Source: Polyangiaceae bacterium
Lineage (GTDB): Bacteria; Myxococcota_A; Polyangia; Polyangiales; Polyangiaceae
Reading direction: 5' to 3'
Assembly: GCA_965222375.1 (NCBI GenBank)
Contig: CBDCTZ010000016.1
Coordinates: 960,001 to 1,024,000, forward strand
Length of the DNA: 64,000 nt
Shown: one piece after another, positions 1-10,105 of the stretch
Numbering within the stretch: position 1 is the first letter of the stretch
Layout of the letters: every line of letters starts with the position of its first letter
The notes under the pieces: model-generated
Databases searched by the model: none
What the model saw: the letters and a program-made list of their open reading frames with translations, nothing else
Told to the model about the DNA's origin: nothing
Made by a program: the position numbers and the translations under genes

Positions 1-1520
1 TGTGGATTGGCGTCGTAGGCCGCCAGGGCGCGTTTGCCGAGCAACGTTAGACGGTGACCTGGCCCATCATCTTCGAGGGCGCACAGCTCCGATATGGCGT
101 CGGCACGATCGTGACGTTCGAGCGCGGCGTTTAGCCGATACAGCACGTCATAGAGATCAGCGTCAGGAAGCGACACATTCGCAACATCGATGGACCGTTC
201 CTTGGGGAGCATCAGCATGGCGCGGGGGCCATACGCGCTGAAATTCTTGAGGAAACGTTCGCTGAATGCATCGCTGAGATCTGGCTGAAAGGGGTCTCGA
301 ATTACTAGCGTCTCCCTCAGCTCATCGTAGCCAACCACGAGCTGAGCGTGACCTGCGACGGCGGCAACCGTGTGCACAATGAACGGAATGCGAAGGTCAA
401 TGAGTTGGCGGGTAACGTCCCAGCCCAGGGTGAACTCCCGGCAGTGCCAGCCTTCATCCTCCGCCCACTGCCGTTCCGCATAGGCCGACGTGCCGTCGTA
501 GCAAATTCGGTCGGCTACCTCGATGTGCTGCACGACTTTTCCGAAACTGCGTGCCAGCATCGTGAGCGACGCCGGCACGCAAGTAACATGATGCTGTCGA
601 ACGAAAGAAGTGGGGAGCACGACGCGTTTGCTCGAGAGAGTGGAGTCTTCGTAGCGGTCCGCCAGAGGCAAAAGGGTGGGCGCCTCGCTGAGCCGAGCCT
701 CCGTGGCGGCGCGAGCCAGGTCCCCACGCTGATAGGCGATCTCCTCCCGAAACATGCAGAGCTCCCGACGGCCCTCGTCTTCGAGCCAAGGCATGAGCGC
801 GACCGCGCGTTCGAGATGCCGCCAAGCCGGGTCCCAGCGTTCCAAGCGTCGCAGGACTCGCGCCAGCTCGACGTGAACCGTGGCGCTTTGCAGGCATTCG
901 GCGGCCGCGGACAACACCGCCACCGCTTCCTCTTTCTGATCGCCTAGGTCAAGCAGGTGCGCGAGCTGGTGCACAATCACCCGCTCCGGGCGCGCGGGAT
1001 CGTGAATCGCGCGAGCCGCAGACAGTGCTTCTTGATACAAATCCCGTTGCTCTAAAAGCTCCGAGTCCATAACCCGAAGCCACGGCTCTTCTGGCAGAAT
1101 GCTTTTCGCCTCCGCAACAAGGCGGGCCGTCGTCTCGAAGTCGCGCAAAGACATCGCGATCCTGGCTCGTATGCCGAGCAGGAGCGCATGTGCATCTTGC
1201 GGCTCGGCGTCCAGGTTTTTGGCTATCCAGCACCACGTTGCATAGGGGCCGCGAGCACTGAGGTATGCCTCGCTCAACCAGAAGCGCGCCTCGGGGCTGC
1301 GCGGTGCGCGTCTATAGGCAGATAGAGCTAGCGTTCGGGCGCGACTTAGAGCTCCCAAATGGGAGGCGAGGCGTGCCCCCACGCACATGGCGGCCGGATC
1401 CTCCCATGCCTCTGGCGAGGAGATGCCCTGAAGCAAGCGTTCGGCATCAATGAACAGAGATTGATCACACAGACCGGTGACCCGTTGAATCACCTCTGGG
1501 TTTGGCTGTGCTCCATTCAT
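1..1520 (-). CDS. TPR-like repeat protein with C39-like cysteine peptidase domain (partial, runs off window start)
   Basis: Hand-translated, not in the ORF track. ATG at 1520 with GGAAGG upstream; frame open to base 1. Helical repeats are followed by FVRQHHVTCVPAS, GHAQLVVGYD and IRDP, matching the C39 Cys-His-Asp pattern. Confidence 0.75.
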   Translation of the reverse strand, partial: MNGAQPNPEVIQRVTGLCDQSLFIDAERLLQGISSPEAWEDPAAMCVGARLASHLGALSRARTLALSAYRRAPRSPEARFWLSEAYLSARGPYATWCWIAKNLDAEPQDAHALLLGIRARIAMSLRDFETTARLVAEAKSILPEEPWLRVMDSELLEQRDLYQEALSAARAIHDPARPERVIVHQLAHLLDLGDQKEEAVAVLSAAAECLQSATVHVELARVLRRLERWDPAWRHLERAVALMPWLEDEGRRELCMFREEIAYQRGDLARAATEARLSEAPTLLPLADRYEDSTLSSKRVVLPTSFVRQHHVTCVPASLTMLARSFGKVVQHIEVADRICYDGTSAYAERQWAEDEGWHCREFTLGWDVTRQLIDLRIPFIVHTVAAVAGHAQLVVGYDELRETLVIRDPFQPDLSDAFSERFLKNFSAYGPRAMLMLPKERSIDVANVSLPDADLYDVLYRLNAALERHDRADAISELCALEDDGPGHRLTLLGKRALAAYDANP

Positions 1521-1825
1521 ATGTCCTTCCCATGGGCCACGCGCGAACGGCTTGCACTTCTGTCTCGCATCATCCTGCGCGGCAAGACTCAGAACACCAA
1601 TTGACGCTCGGCTGTTCGTGTGGTGCGTTCACCGTTGACTCCGTGAGGCGACAATAACCGTGAGCTTTGCGAGGCACATGGTCGAGCATTTAGCAAGGCT
1701 GCCGAGTGTGCGAAAAAGCGTTCGCAAATGAGGCTAGCTCGCTTGGAGGAAGCAGAGCAAGCCGGCCCGCCCACCATTCCGCTTCCTGGGCGCACCCCGG
1801 CAAATTCGCAAACTGGCGGGGAGGT

Positions 1826-1851
1826 TGTAAGAAAGCGCTGGCTCAGGCGAC
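1826..1851 (+). promoter_or_regulatory. Possible ECF-type autoregulatory promoter (TGTAAG-N16-CGAC)
   Basis: ECF-like -35/-10 spacing just upstream of the ECF sigma gene; motif similarity only. Confidence 0.25.
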
Positions 1852-1884
1852 GTACATTCCGTCGGTTCGAATTGACGCCACGCC

Positions 1885-2361
1885 ATGAACTTCGATCAAC
1901 TCCAGCAAGAGTACCTAGGCGTGCTTCGGCGCGTTGCCATCGGCTACGCTCCTCCCGGCGCAGAGCGCGAAGATCTGATGCAGGAGATGGCGTTGGCTCT
2001 GCATCTAGCGATGCCCGCCTTTCGCGGCGAGGCTAAGGTTTCGACCTACGTCTATCGCATCGCCCACAACTGTGGCATCGACTACCTGCGCAAGCGGAGA
2101 GAAGTCCCTGTCGATCCGGTGTTGGTCGATCGCGTCGCCTCGGATCAGGATCCGGAGGCGCAGGTCAATCTGCAACAGCGCAGAGAGCGACTGGCTGCAG
2201 CCATTCGCAACCTGCCGTTGGGCTTGCGTCAACCGCTTCTGCTTCGCCTTGAAGGCCAGTCCTACGAAGAGATCGCCGAGATCCTCGGCCTGAGCACGTC
2301 CAACGTTGGAGTGCGATTGCACCGAGCAGCGCGTGCACTCGAAAGGGAGATCGATTCATGA
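1885..2361 (+). CDS. ECF RNA polymerase sigma factor
   Basis: Region 2 (EDLMQE...STYVYRIAHN) and region 4 (SYEEIAEILGLSTSNVGVRLHRA); 158 aa. Confidence 0.92.
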   Translation: MNFDQLQQEYLGVLRRVAIGYAPPGAEREDLMQEMALALHLAMPAFRGEAKVSTYVYRIAHNCGIDYLRKRREVPVDPVLVDRVASDQDPEAQVNLQQRRERLAAAIRNLPLGLRQPLLLRLEGQSYEEIAEILGLSTSNVGVRLHRAARALEREIDS

Positions 2362-2948
2362 CCCTCGAACCTGAACCGAAGCGACTGTCCGAATGGATGG
2401 CGTTGTGGCAAGGCGTCCCGGAGGAGCTCGGGTTTCTGCGCGAAGAGTTCGAGCGCAAGAAACTTTGGAAGTTCGTCAGCGATCTCGGTGCTATCGTTAC
2501 ACTGGTGGTGGTCGCCATCGTGCTAGTCGCGAAAGCGGTGATTGCTCCGGAGGTCGCCAGCATCGCCGCGGCTGCCTTCTTCGCACCCTACTCTTTGGCT
2601 CATGCGTGGGCGGCGCTGCGACGAATTCGAACGCGTCGCGCAGCTCTGCCGCTCAGTGGGAAGGAGTACTTAGCGACGGTCGATCACAATCTGGCAATCG
2701 AGGAACGCGCGTTGCTTTGGGAGCAGCGCACGCTGCCGTTCGCCCTGGCGTGTGGCGGGGCAATCATCGCGTGGATCTTCGTTACGGGTTGGGCGCGTCT
2801 TTCACTTCAGACCATCGCGTTCATGCTCGTCGTCGCCACCGGTTGTTTTGGTTTCGGCAGTTGGTGGACCTATGCCCGCAAACCCGCGAAGCTCACGACC
2901 GAACGACGCGCGCTCGCCGACCTCCGAAGGGAGCTGGAACGCACCTAG
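2358..2948 (+). CDS. Putative multi-pass membrane anti-sigma factor
   Basis: ATGA overlap with the sigma gene; about four hydrophobic segments. Confidence 0.7.
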   Translation: MTLEPEPKRLSEWMALWQGVPEELGFLREEFERKKLWKFVSDLGAIVTLVVVAIVLVAKAVIAPEVASIAAAAFFAPYSLAHAWAALRRIRTRRAALPLSGKEYLATVDHNLAIEERALLWEQRTLPFALACGGAIIAWIFVTGWARLSLQTIAFMLVVATGCFGFGSWWTYARKPAKLTTERRALADLRRELERT

Positions 2949-3374
2949 CTCCTGCCGGACCTGGACCGTTGGAGTGGTTGCTCCCCCTAACCGAGGTATC
3001 AGCATGGCCGCAGGTGAGGTCGACGTTCCCAAGGGCTACAAGAATCCTTCGATCATGACCTCCTCAATGTACGCCCCATCGGATCCTAGCTTGTCGCTTC
3101 GCGGTTCCAATCACATTGAAGCCCTGTTTTTTGTATGCGCCTGAGGCCTCGTAGGTTTGGCTCGGCCTCAAAGGGCAACCTGCGCGCAAGCAATGGCGTT
3201 GCATGGGCGTGGGGCTCACTGCTCTATCAAGCCGCGGATCAGTCCGTGGGCGAAGTGGGCTACCTCTACGTCGGATTCTGTAACGGCACCAAAGACTCCG
3301 AGGCGTCCTTCTACTCCGACGAACCCGTCGAGGTCTGCAAGCCACCGCAGATCCCGCGCTGAAGTTTCCAAAGC

Positions 3375-4013
3375 TCACGGATCTGCAGGCCAGCCGAGCT
3401 CTTCGGCATAGCGCGCCTCCGCGTCGAGTGAGCTCCGCAAGGCAGAGAAGCTTGCGAAGGTTTCGCTCAGCTCCTTCTGAATCGCGCGAATCTGTTTCAG
3501 ATCGCCACGCTCGCGGATCTCGTGCTCCAGGGAGCGACAGGTGTAGTGCACGCACAGGGTGGGTCGATGTTGTCGCTTCAGGGAGCAGGCTTTTGGGCCG
3601 CGGAACACGCAGCCCGCGAGATCCGACTGCGGCGGTTGGAAGTCACTCGGTGTGGTGCCGGCGAGCCGTAGCGCTGCCAGCTCGTCCTCCTCGAAAATCT
3701 TCGCGGGGTCCCCGCCGCAGCAATGCCCACCTGCCCAGTGGCCAAAGGGCTCGGGGTGTTTCCGTGCACATGTTGAACAAGACTGCACTTCGCCAATGGC
3801 CTCGGTGAGTCGTTCTCGGAGCTCTGCCATTCGCTCTGCCATCGCGACCAACTCCGGCGCAACCTCCGAAGGCTTTGGCAAAGCGTCGAGGCGTTTGCGC
3901 AATTCCAAAAGCGCGTCCGCCCGCGCGTGCGGGTGGCGCGCTCGGTCGACGAGGTGGCGCACGGAAAGGAACATCCACGCAGCATAGCGCGAGCTGCTAT
4001 GATGTTCCGTCAT
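3375..4013 (-). CDS. Cysteine-cluster protein (YkgJ/CxxCxxCC-like metal-binding)
   Basis: CSTC...HCCGG...GCVF...CSL...RPTLCVHYTC. Start uncertain. Confidence 0.6.
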   Translation of the reverse strand: MTEHHSSSRYAAWMFLSVRHLVDRARHPHARADALLELRKRLDALPKPSEVAPELVAMAERMAELRERLTEAIGEVQSCSTCARKHPEPFGHWAGGHCCGGDPAKIFEEDELAALRLAGTTPSDFQPPQSDLAGCVFRGPKACSLKRQHRPTLCVHYTCRSLEHEIRERGDLKQIRAIQKELSETFASFSALRSSLDAEARYAEELGWPADP

Positions 4014-4046
4014 GCGCGCTTTCTGCGCCTCTTGAGGATTGGCGCG

Positions 4047-4880
4047 CTACTTCAGCAGCACCTTGGCGTGGTGGCCAAGGTGCTCGGGGATGAAGCTGGC
4101 AACGAAGTAGTACGAGTGATCGTAGCCATCGTGGATCTGAAGCGCAAGAGCCTGGCCGCCGTCCTTTGCCGCGCTCTGGAAGAGCTCTGGGCGTAGTTCG
4201 CGCTCGAGGAATTCGTCGGCCCCGCCCTGATCGATGCGAATCCTCTCCGGATGTGCGCCCTTGCGTACCAATTCACAAGCGTCGTGCGCGGCCCAGGCGG
4301 CGCGGTCTTCGCCAAGATACGCACTCAGGGCTTTCTCACCCCAGGGCACCTGGCTCGGCGCCACGATGGGCGAAAGAGCGGAGATGCACGCAAAACGGTC
4401 GGGGTGTCGCAGCCCCAGAGTCAACGCACCATGGCCACCCATGGAGTGCCCCGTGACGCCCATGCGCTTCACGTCAATCGAAAACTTCGCCGCTACCAGC
4501 TCTGGTAGCTCGTCAACCACATAGTGCTCCATTGCGAAGTGGTTGGACCAGGGTACCTGGGTTGCATCGAGGTAAAAGCTCGCACCCTGTCCCAGATCGT
4601 AGGCATCGTCGTTTGGTACGCCTTCGCCACGAGGACTCGTGTCCGGGCACAGCACCGCCAAGCCCAGCTCGGAAGCCCGCGCCTGGAACCCCGCCTTCGT
4701 GGTCGCGTTCTCCCAGGTGCACGTCAGCCCAGAGAGATACACCACCATGGGTACTGGACCCGCCGCAGCCGTCGGCGGTAAGTAGAGCGACAGCTCCATG
4801 TCGGTCTTCGTCGCACTCGACGAATGTTTCAGCACGAGCTGGCGTCCACCAAAGGACCGATTCTCTTTCAGGATCTCCAT
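4047..4880 (-). CDS. fghA: S-formylglutathione hydrolase
   Basis: YLSGLTCT, PDTSPRG, GHSMGGHGA, GYDHSYYF motifs. Confidence 0.95.
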   Translation of the reverse strand: MEILKENRSFGGRQLVLKHSSSATKTDMELSLYLPPTAAAGPVPMVVYLSGLTCTWENATTKAGFQARASELGLAVLCPDTSPRGEGVPNDDAYDLGQGASFYLDATQVPWSNHFAMEHYVVDELPELVAAKFSIDVKRMGVTGHSMGGHGALTLGLRHPDRFACISALSPIVAPSQVPWGEKALSAYLGEDRAAWAAHDACELVRKGAHPERIRIDQGGADEFLERELRPELFQSAAKDGGQALALQIHDGYDHSYYFVASFIPEHLGHHAKVLLK

Positions 4881-4929
4881 CGCCTCGAGCCTAACCCGAG
4901 GGCGCCGCCTCGGAGCAAGGGCTTCCGTC

Positions 4930-5448
4930 TCACAATCGGGACAGAACCAAGGTCATGAGCGCTTCAGACGCGGCGCGCATCTTGGCTTCGGGCGCATCAC
5001 CGTCCAGGGCGAGCCACACCACCCTCGCCTCTTCGCACACCACGAAGTCACTGTTGCTTTGGGTCCCGGCAGCCTTGTAACGGAAGTAGGCGCGTTTGCC
5101 GTAGCCAGTGACGTCCTGCAAGGGGCCGGATGGCGACTGGAGATCGTACCAGGCCTGGCATTGCTCATCGGCGCTCGGGGGTGGCAACTGCACCGCGAGG
5201 TTCAGACTCAGCTTGCCCAGGGTCTGCCCATCCCAATAGCATTGCTTGGATTGAACCTGCCCATCGAGTACGGGGTTGCCCACTTCCTTTTCGACTTCCG
5301 TCGCAGACAACAAGCCACAGGGCGAACTTCCGCTACCACCGGCACTACCCCCGGAGCCGCCTCCGCCATCACCGTCATCGCTGCTGCAGCCAGCAGCGGC
5401 CAGGATGATCCCAACTGCTAGAGTCGTCGTTCCGCCCCAACGCTTCAT
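4930..5448 (-). CDS. Hypothetical lipoprotein
   Basis: Signal peptide with lipobox AAGC, Gly/Ser linker, then SPCGLLS-type domain. Confidence 0.75.
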   Translation of the reverse strand: MKRWGGTTTLAVGIILAAAGCSSDDGDGGGGSGGSAGGSGSSPCGLLSATEVEKEVGNPVLDGQVQSKQCYWDGQTLGKLSLNLAVQLPPPSADEQCQAWYDLQSPSGPLQDVTGYGKRAYFRYKAAGTQSNSDFVVCEEARVVWLALDGDAPEAKMRAASEALMTLVLSRL

Positions 5449-5813
5449 ACTCCGCGATGGTTCGTGAGGAGCCCGAGCGCGTCAAGGGTGGGCTTCTTTG
5501 GTTTTGAGGTCGCGTGACTGTGGCGTCACTGCTTCACTACTCTCGCCCTTCTGCGTGCAGTCGCGCAACGTGGGGACGCACGGGAGTAGTGCCCTTGCGG
5601 CTGCCCAGCGATGCGACCTCCAAAAAGCGGAATGCCCCGCGGTCCTGCCTGTTGTCGAAGTGTCTTGGGCCCTTGCCACCGGCGTGCGATCGCGCCTTGG
5701 CCTCCAGCGTTGCCCTCTGCCTCTCGGGGCCGTCGGACCGCGGAGACGGCTAGCGCCGGACCAACAAATCCGGCCCGTTCATAAACCGCGGCGGCAGTGC
5801 CCACTCATGTCAC

Positions 5814-7256
5814 ATGGGACAGTTGCGCCGTATTTTCAGGGTTTTGTTCGCCGGTGGCCTCTTCGTCGCCACAACCTCCACCTTCCAGGGGTGCGGAAGT
5901 GACGATTCTTCCGACAACCCGTCGAGCGGTGGTGCCGCCGGCGCGGACGCCTCCAGCGGCGGCGCTGGGCAGGGAGGTACGGGGGCCGATGCTGGCAGCT
6001 GCAAACTGTCGGGCCAGAGCTGCGGTAGCTCTGCCGAATGCTGCTCCGCCAACTGCGACTCGACGCTGAACACGTGTACGAACCCAGTTGGTGGCTGCAA
6101 AGCCGCCGGAGACTCGTGCAGCGGGCCCACCGAGTGCTGCACGCTGGTCTGCGACGGCGGCAAGTGCGGCGCGACCCTGTGCACGTCTGACGAACAACCC
6201 TGTACGAGTGATGCTCAGTGTTGCAGTGGCAGCTGCGGAACCTCCGGCTGCGAGCCACTGAATACTGGCTGCAAGACAGCTGGCAACACCTGCGGTGGCG
6301 ACGGCGAATGCTGCTCGCAGGTCTGCAGAAACGGCGTGTGTGCGGGGAGCGTCTCCTTCTGCACTCAGACCGGCGATACCTGCGCGAAGGACACCGACTG
6401 CTGTGCGGGCATCTGCACCAAGAAATCCGGTGCCTCGATCGGTGTGTGCACTCAGCCCAGCGCCCCCGGCACGACGGGTTGCCTCGTGGCCGGCGAAGTC
6501 TGCAGCGGCGGTAGTGAAGGCGGCGCCGATGGGGGCATCCCCACTTGTGGCGGCTCATGTTGTAGCCGCGCTTGCGCCCCCTACGGTCCAACGGGTGTGT
6601 TCGTGTGTCAGCCCCCGAGCGGTTGCCGCCCGACCGGTGAGGTCTGCGTCGATGATTCGGATTGCTGCGGCTCGCCGGGGATGCCGGGAGGCAACGGTTC
6701 CGTCAAGTGCAGCAAAGGCGCAGGCGAACCCGTGGGGCGTTGCGACAACGGCAATGCGTGTCGACCCTCCGGAGCGGTCTGCAAGCTCAAGAGCGGGTCG
6801 TGTAACGCGGAAAACAACTGCTGCGCGGGCAACGTGAACAACGACCCAACGGTTTGCCAGCAGGACAACCTCGGCATTCCACGCTGCACGGAAGCGGGGG
6901 ACTGCAAGGAAGCTGGCTCGAAGGCAGGCCAGCCCTGCGCCAGCAGCGCGGATTGCTGCGGGCTGCCGTGCCTTCCCAATAACGCCGGTGGCGGTTCGGC
7001 GTTCGTCTGCGGTGGCAGCGACTGCGTGCCGACGGACGGTGCGTGCACCTCGGATGCGGATTGCTGCTCGGGCCTGCCCTGCGTTGCGCCGCCAGGGTCC
7101 ACCAAGGGCACCTGCGGTCCGCCGCCGGTGATTCCGGATGCGGGCCCGGACAGCGGACCCGAGTGCGCGCTGTACGGACAGAACTGCACGCAGGCGTCGG
7201 ACTGCTGCAACAACGTGCCGTGCACCAACGGCAAGTGCTACTACGAGGTGTTCTGA
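5814..7256 (+). CDS. Cysteine-rich repeat lipoprotein
   Basis: Lipobox FQGC, Gly linker, many C-x3-G-x2-C-x5-CC-x3-C units. Confidence 0.85.
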   Translation: MGQLRRIFRVLFAGGLFVATTSTFQGCGSDDSSDNPSSGGAAGADASSGGAGQGGTGADAGSCKLSGQSCGSSAECCSANCDSTLNTCTNPVGGCKAAGDSCSGPTECCTLVCDGGKCGATLCTSDEQPCTSDAQCCSGSCGTSGCEPLNTGCKTAGNTCGGDGECCSQVCRNGVCAGSVSFCTQTGDTCAKDTDCCAGICTKKSGASIGVCTQPSAPGTTGCLVAGEVCSGGSEGGADGGIPTCGGSCCSRACAPYGPTGVFVCQPPSGCRPTGEVCVDDSDCCGSPGMPGGNGSVKCSKGAGEPVGRCDNGNACRPSGAVCKLKSGSCNAENNCCAGNVNNDPTVCQQDNLGIPRCTEAGDCKEAGSKAGQPCASSADCCGLPCLPNNAGGGSAFVCGGSDCVPTDGACTSDADCCSGLPCVAPPGSTKGTCGPPPVIPDAGPDSGPECALYGQNCTQASDCCNNVPCTNGKCYYEVF

Positions 7257-7311
7257 GCCACGCGGGCTTTTCAGCCCGGTGACAAAGCCGGGGGCGCCTC
7301 GAAGGCGCCCC

Positions 7312-7647
7312 TCAAGACTGCTTGGGCTCCGGCTCGGATGGCATAGCCTCGCCAGGGTCCGTGGCCTCGTCTTTGCCTTTGTCGCGCTCCCGGGCTTCCA
7401 AGGCAACGTCCACAACGCGGCTCACCGTGCGGTTGCTCAGGCGGATTGCGGAGTACACCGTGGTCACGGTGACGTCGTGAACGACGCGAACCACGCGGGT
7501 GGGCGTCGCCACAGCCGGGATCTGCTCCAGGATGTCGAAAGGTCGACTCGCCGTCGCCTTGTGAACTTGCTCCACCGCCGTCGACCCATGCTCGATGGCA
7601 TCGTGCACCAGGGCTCTCAGGCCGTGCCAGCGTTTCTCTGCGTTCAT
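7312..7647 (-). CDS. Small hypothetical protein coupled to the lipase
   Basis: MNAEKRWHGLRALVHDAIEHG; ATGA overlap with the hydrolase stop; AGGAGG upstream. Confidence 0.75.
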   Translation of the reverse strand: MNAEKRWHGLRALVHDAIEHGSTAVEQVHKATASRPFDILEQIPAVATPTRVVRVVHDVTVTTVYSAIRLSNRTVSRVVDVALEARERDKGKDEATDPGEAMPSEPEPKQS

Positions 7648-8597
7648 GTCTCCTCCTGGCACCAGCTCTTGATCTGATCGTATACGTCCGCGTTGCGCGG
7701 CAGCGCCATATGTCCGAGTCCCGAGAAGATCTTCACATGGCTCGGCGGCAGCGCGATGCTCGCGGCATCGACGCATTCGCCGTTGGTGGCGCTGGGCACC
7801 GGCACCATGACATCTCCGAAGAGCTCAGCGAGTTTCGGATCTTCGGCTACGGAGCCGGCCGCCAGGTAGTGCTGGATTTCGGGAAGCAGCGGCACCGGGT
7901 GCTCGGGATCTCGGAGCGAAATACTGGCTCGACGTCGCGCCCGGTCCTCGTGACGGATGTCGGCGTCGCCCAAATCCCTCAGGCCGGCGCTGCGCAAGTC
8001 GCTCAGAGTGGCGATGAGACGCGTGTAGGGATCCGGGATGACGTGAAGCAGCTTGATCGCGGACCGCGCGAAGCGCTCCAAGGGTGCTCCCCGGTGTGGC
8101 GTTCCGACGTAGATGGCGCGACGCACCCGCTGCAGCCAGTCCTGGTCTTCAATAGCGGCAACGTGACACGCGCTACGCACCACCAAGCCACCCATACTGA
8201 AACCGAGGGGCAAGATCTCCTCGACGGGCACTGGGTAGACCGAGATCAGAGTCTGCAGAAAGTCCGAGAGGTGGCGACCGTTGTCGGGGATGGCAAGTCC
8301 CGAGTTGTAACGGAGCACCAAAGGCGTGAAGCCCAAGTCCTCTGCCAGTCGCGAGCCGTAGTTACTCCCGTCGGGCAGCTCCCAGTGGTCCTCGGTGCAC
8401 ATCAGGCCATGTACCATCACCGCCACTTTTGGCGTTGCCTCGGGATGTAGCTTCGCGAGGGCTTCGCGGGAGAGCGGCACCGGCTCGCCCTGGTCGACGC
8501 AGGTCATCTTGGTCGCGAGTCCGTTGTCGGTGCGATGCAGGTAGTCTCCGACGGCTCCGTTCAGTATGCTGACGGCCAGTTCCGTCTTGCGTCCCAT
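7644..8597 (-). CDS. Alpha/beta hydrolase (PGAP1-like esterase/lipase)
   Basis: VHGLMC, GFSMGGL nucleophile elbow, GTPHRG, GDVMVP, GH. Start overlaps the upstream stop (TAATG). Confidence 0.85.
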   Translation of the reverse strand: MGRKTELAVSILNGAVGDYLHRTDNGLATKMTCVDQGEPVPLSREALAKLHPEATPKVAVMVHGLMCTEDHWELPDGSNYGSRLAEDLGFTPLVLRYNSGLAIPDNGRHLSDFLQTLISVYPVPVEEILPLGFSMGGLVVRSACHVAAIEDQDWLQRVRRAIYVGTPHRGAPLERFARSAIKLLHVIPDPYTRLIATLSDLRSAGLRDLGDADIRHEDRARRRASISLRDPEHPVPLLPEIQHYLAAGSVAEDPKLAELFGDVMVPVPSATNGECVDAASIALPPSHVKIFSGLGHMALPRNADVYDQIKSWCQEET

Positions 8598-9292
8598 TAG
8601 GCCGAGTACCTCATGACCGCGACCACGTGGCAGGCCGTGCCACCAATGACGAGCAGGTGCCAAACCAGGTGCGCGTAGCGAACTCGTGTCGCTGCGTAGA
8701 ATGCGACCCCCGTCGTGTAGGCGACTCCACCTGCCACGAGCCAGAATAGCCCCCAAGGTTCCATCGCGAGCCACAGCGGCTTGATCGCAATCAGGATGAT
8801 CCACCCCATGGCGACATACAGAATCGTTTCCAAGCGTGGGTAGCGCAGTCCGCCAAAGGCTTTCAATGCGACGCCTGCGATGGCCAAGGTCCACACCAGA
8901 CCGAAGAGGATCCAGCCCCAGGCTCCGGAGAGCACGCCCAGGGTAAAGGGCGTGTAGGTGCCTGCGATCAGGAGGAAGATCGCTGCGTGGTCCAGGATGC
9001 GCACGACGCGTTTGGCGCGGCCCACGCGAAGGGCGTGATACAGCGTGGACGTCAGGTAGACGAGCACCATGGTCGCGGCGAATACGCTGGACCCGACGAC
9101 AGCTGCGGATCCGTGCGCACTGGCCGCACTGATGATCATGGGAACTGCCGCGAGGGCGGCAACGAGCCCGACGCCATGGCTGACACTATTCGCAATCTCT
9201 TCGCCAACCCCCGGAGCTCGGCCGCGGGTGTGCGCAGGGATGTCCTCCTGAATCGATGGCAGCTGGCGATCGTTGTTGACGGGAGAGGTCAT
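8597..9292 (-). CDS. Hemolysin III / PAQR family membrane protein
   Basis: EEIANSVSHG, STLYH, DHAAIFLLIAGTYTP, HLVWH; seven hydrophobic segments. Confidence 0.93.
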   Translation of the reverse strand: MTSPVNNDRQLPSIQEDIPAHTRGRAPGVGEEIANSVSHGVGLVAALAAVPMIISAASAHGSAAVVGSSVFAATMVLVYLTSTLYHALRVGRAKRVVRILDHAAIFLLIAGTYTPFTLGVLSGAWGWILFGLVWTLAIAGVALKAFGGLRYPRLETILYVAMGWIILIAIKPLWLAMEPWGLFWLVAGGVAYTTGVAFYAATRVRYAHLVWHLLVIGGTACHVVAVMRYSA

Positions 9293-9302
9293 GGCAGTTC
9301 TT

Positions 9303-10094
9303 TCAGCTTCGCTTCTTGCGCCGCGGGATCACCGTCGACTTGCCCGACTCGACCATTTCGCGCAGCACACGCTCCATTTCCTGCCCAAAGGTCAGCTGCA
9401 GCGCTTCTTGGCTGACCGGCCGCAGCGCGCTGAACGCTTCGGTCAGGTCGCCGGTGCTGGCACCCCGGTCGAAGCCGGCAGCCGCGCGCTTGAAGAAGTA
9501 CTTGGCCAGATCTTTGGCGGCACGTCGCGCGTGCTTTTTGATGATGGAGAGCCCCTCTGCTGCGGTCTCCATGTCGACTCCAGCGGCTTCGAGCCTCACC
9601 GCCGCGTGCAGCAGGCCGGGGCTCGGCACGAGAAAGGCGTCGCCCTTGCGTTCGATCAGCTTCAGTCGACGCAGTTGGGCTAAGAGCCCAGCGTGGCGTT
9701 TGCCGATCAAATCGTACAGCTCGACTTCACTGACGAGCCGGGGGCTATCGTTGGCCCAGGGCTCCCCGAGCTGCGCGTCGAGGCCTAGCCACTCATTGAG
9801 GTCGAGCTCGCCCTTGTCGATCTGCTTCACGAGATCGCAGATGGCCTTGATGGTCAGCCCGCGGTCCTGCAGCTCCGCCACGAGCTTGAGTCGCTCCAGG
9901 TGGTTTTCGCCGTAGTAGGCCACTCGCCCTCGAATCACCGGTGCGGTCAGGGCGCCGGCGGACTGGTAGTAGCGAATCGTGCGGCTTGGGACCTCGCTGG
10001 CCGCGGCCAGTTGGTCGATGGTGTACCCGGCCTCGGAGGTCTCGGAGGCCTCTGGGGACTCTCCCGCCTCCAGGGCAGCTGCGCTCGTACTCAT
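9303..10094 (-). CDS. MerR-family transcriptional regulator
   Basis: YTIDQLAAASEVPSRTIRYYQSAG...RVAYYGENHLERL HTH. ATG at 10094 preferred. Confidence 0.88.
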   Translation of the reverse strand: MSTSAAALEAGESPEASETSEAGYTIDQLAAASEVPSRTIRYYQSAGALTAPVIRGRVAYYGENHLERLKLVAELQDRGLTIKAICDLVKQIDKGELDLNEWLGLDAQLGEPWANDSPRLVSEVELYDLIGKRHAGLLAQLRRLKLIERKGDAFLVPSPGLLHAAVRLEAAGVDMETAAEGLSIIKKHARRAAKDLAKYFFKRAAAGFDRGASTGDLTEAFSALRPVSQEALQLTFGQEMERVLREMVESGKSTVIPRRKKRS

Positions 10095-10105
10095 GGTGAC
10101 AGTAG

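Noticed and set aside
949..1400. Apparent frameshifts in the first minus-strand gene
   Set aside because: Re-reading the runs at 1376-1380 and 988-990 showed the frame is continuous.
2949..3362. Protein-like text split over two frames after the anti-sigma gene
   Set aside because: Possibly a gene remnant, but no recognisable family or clear start.
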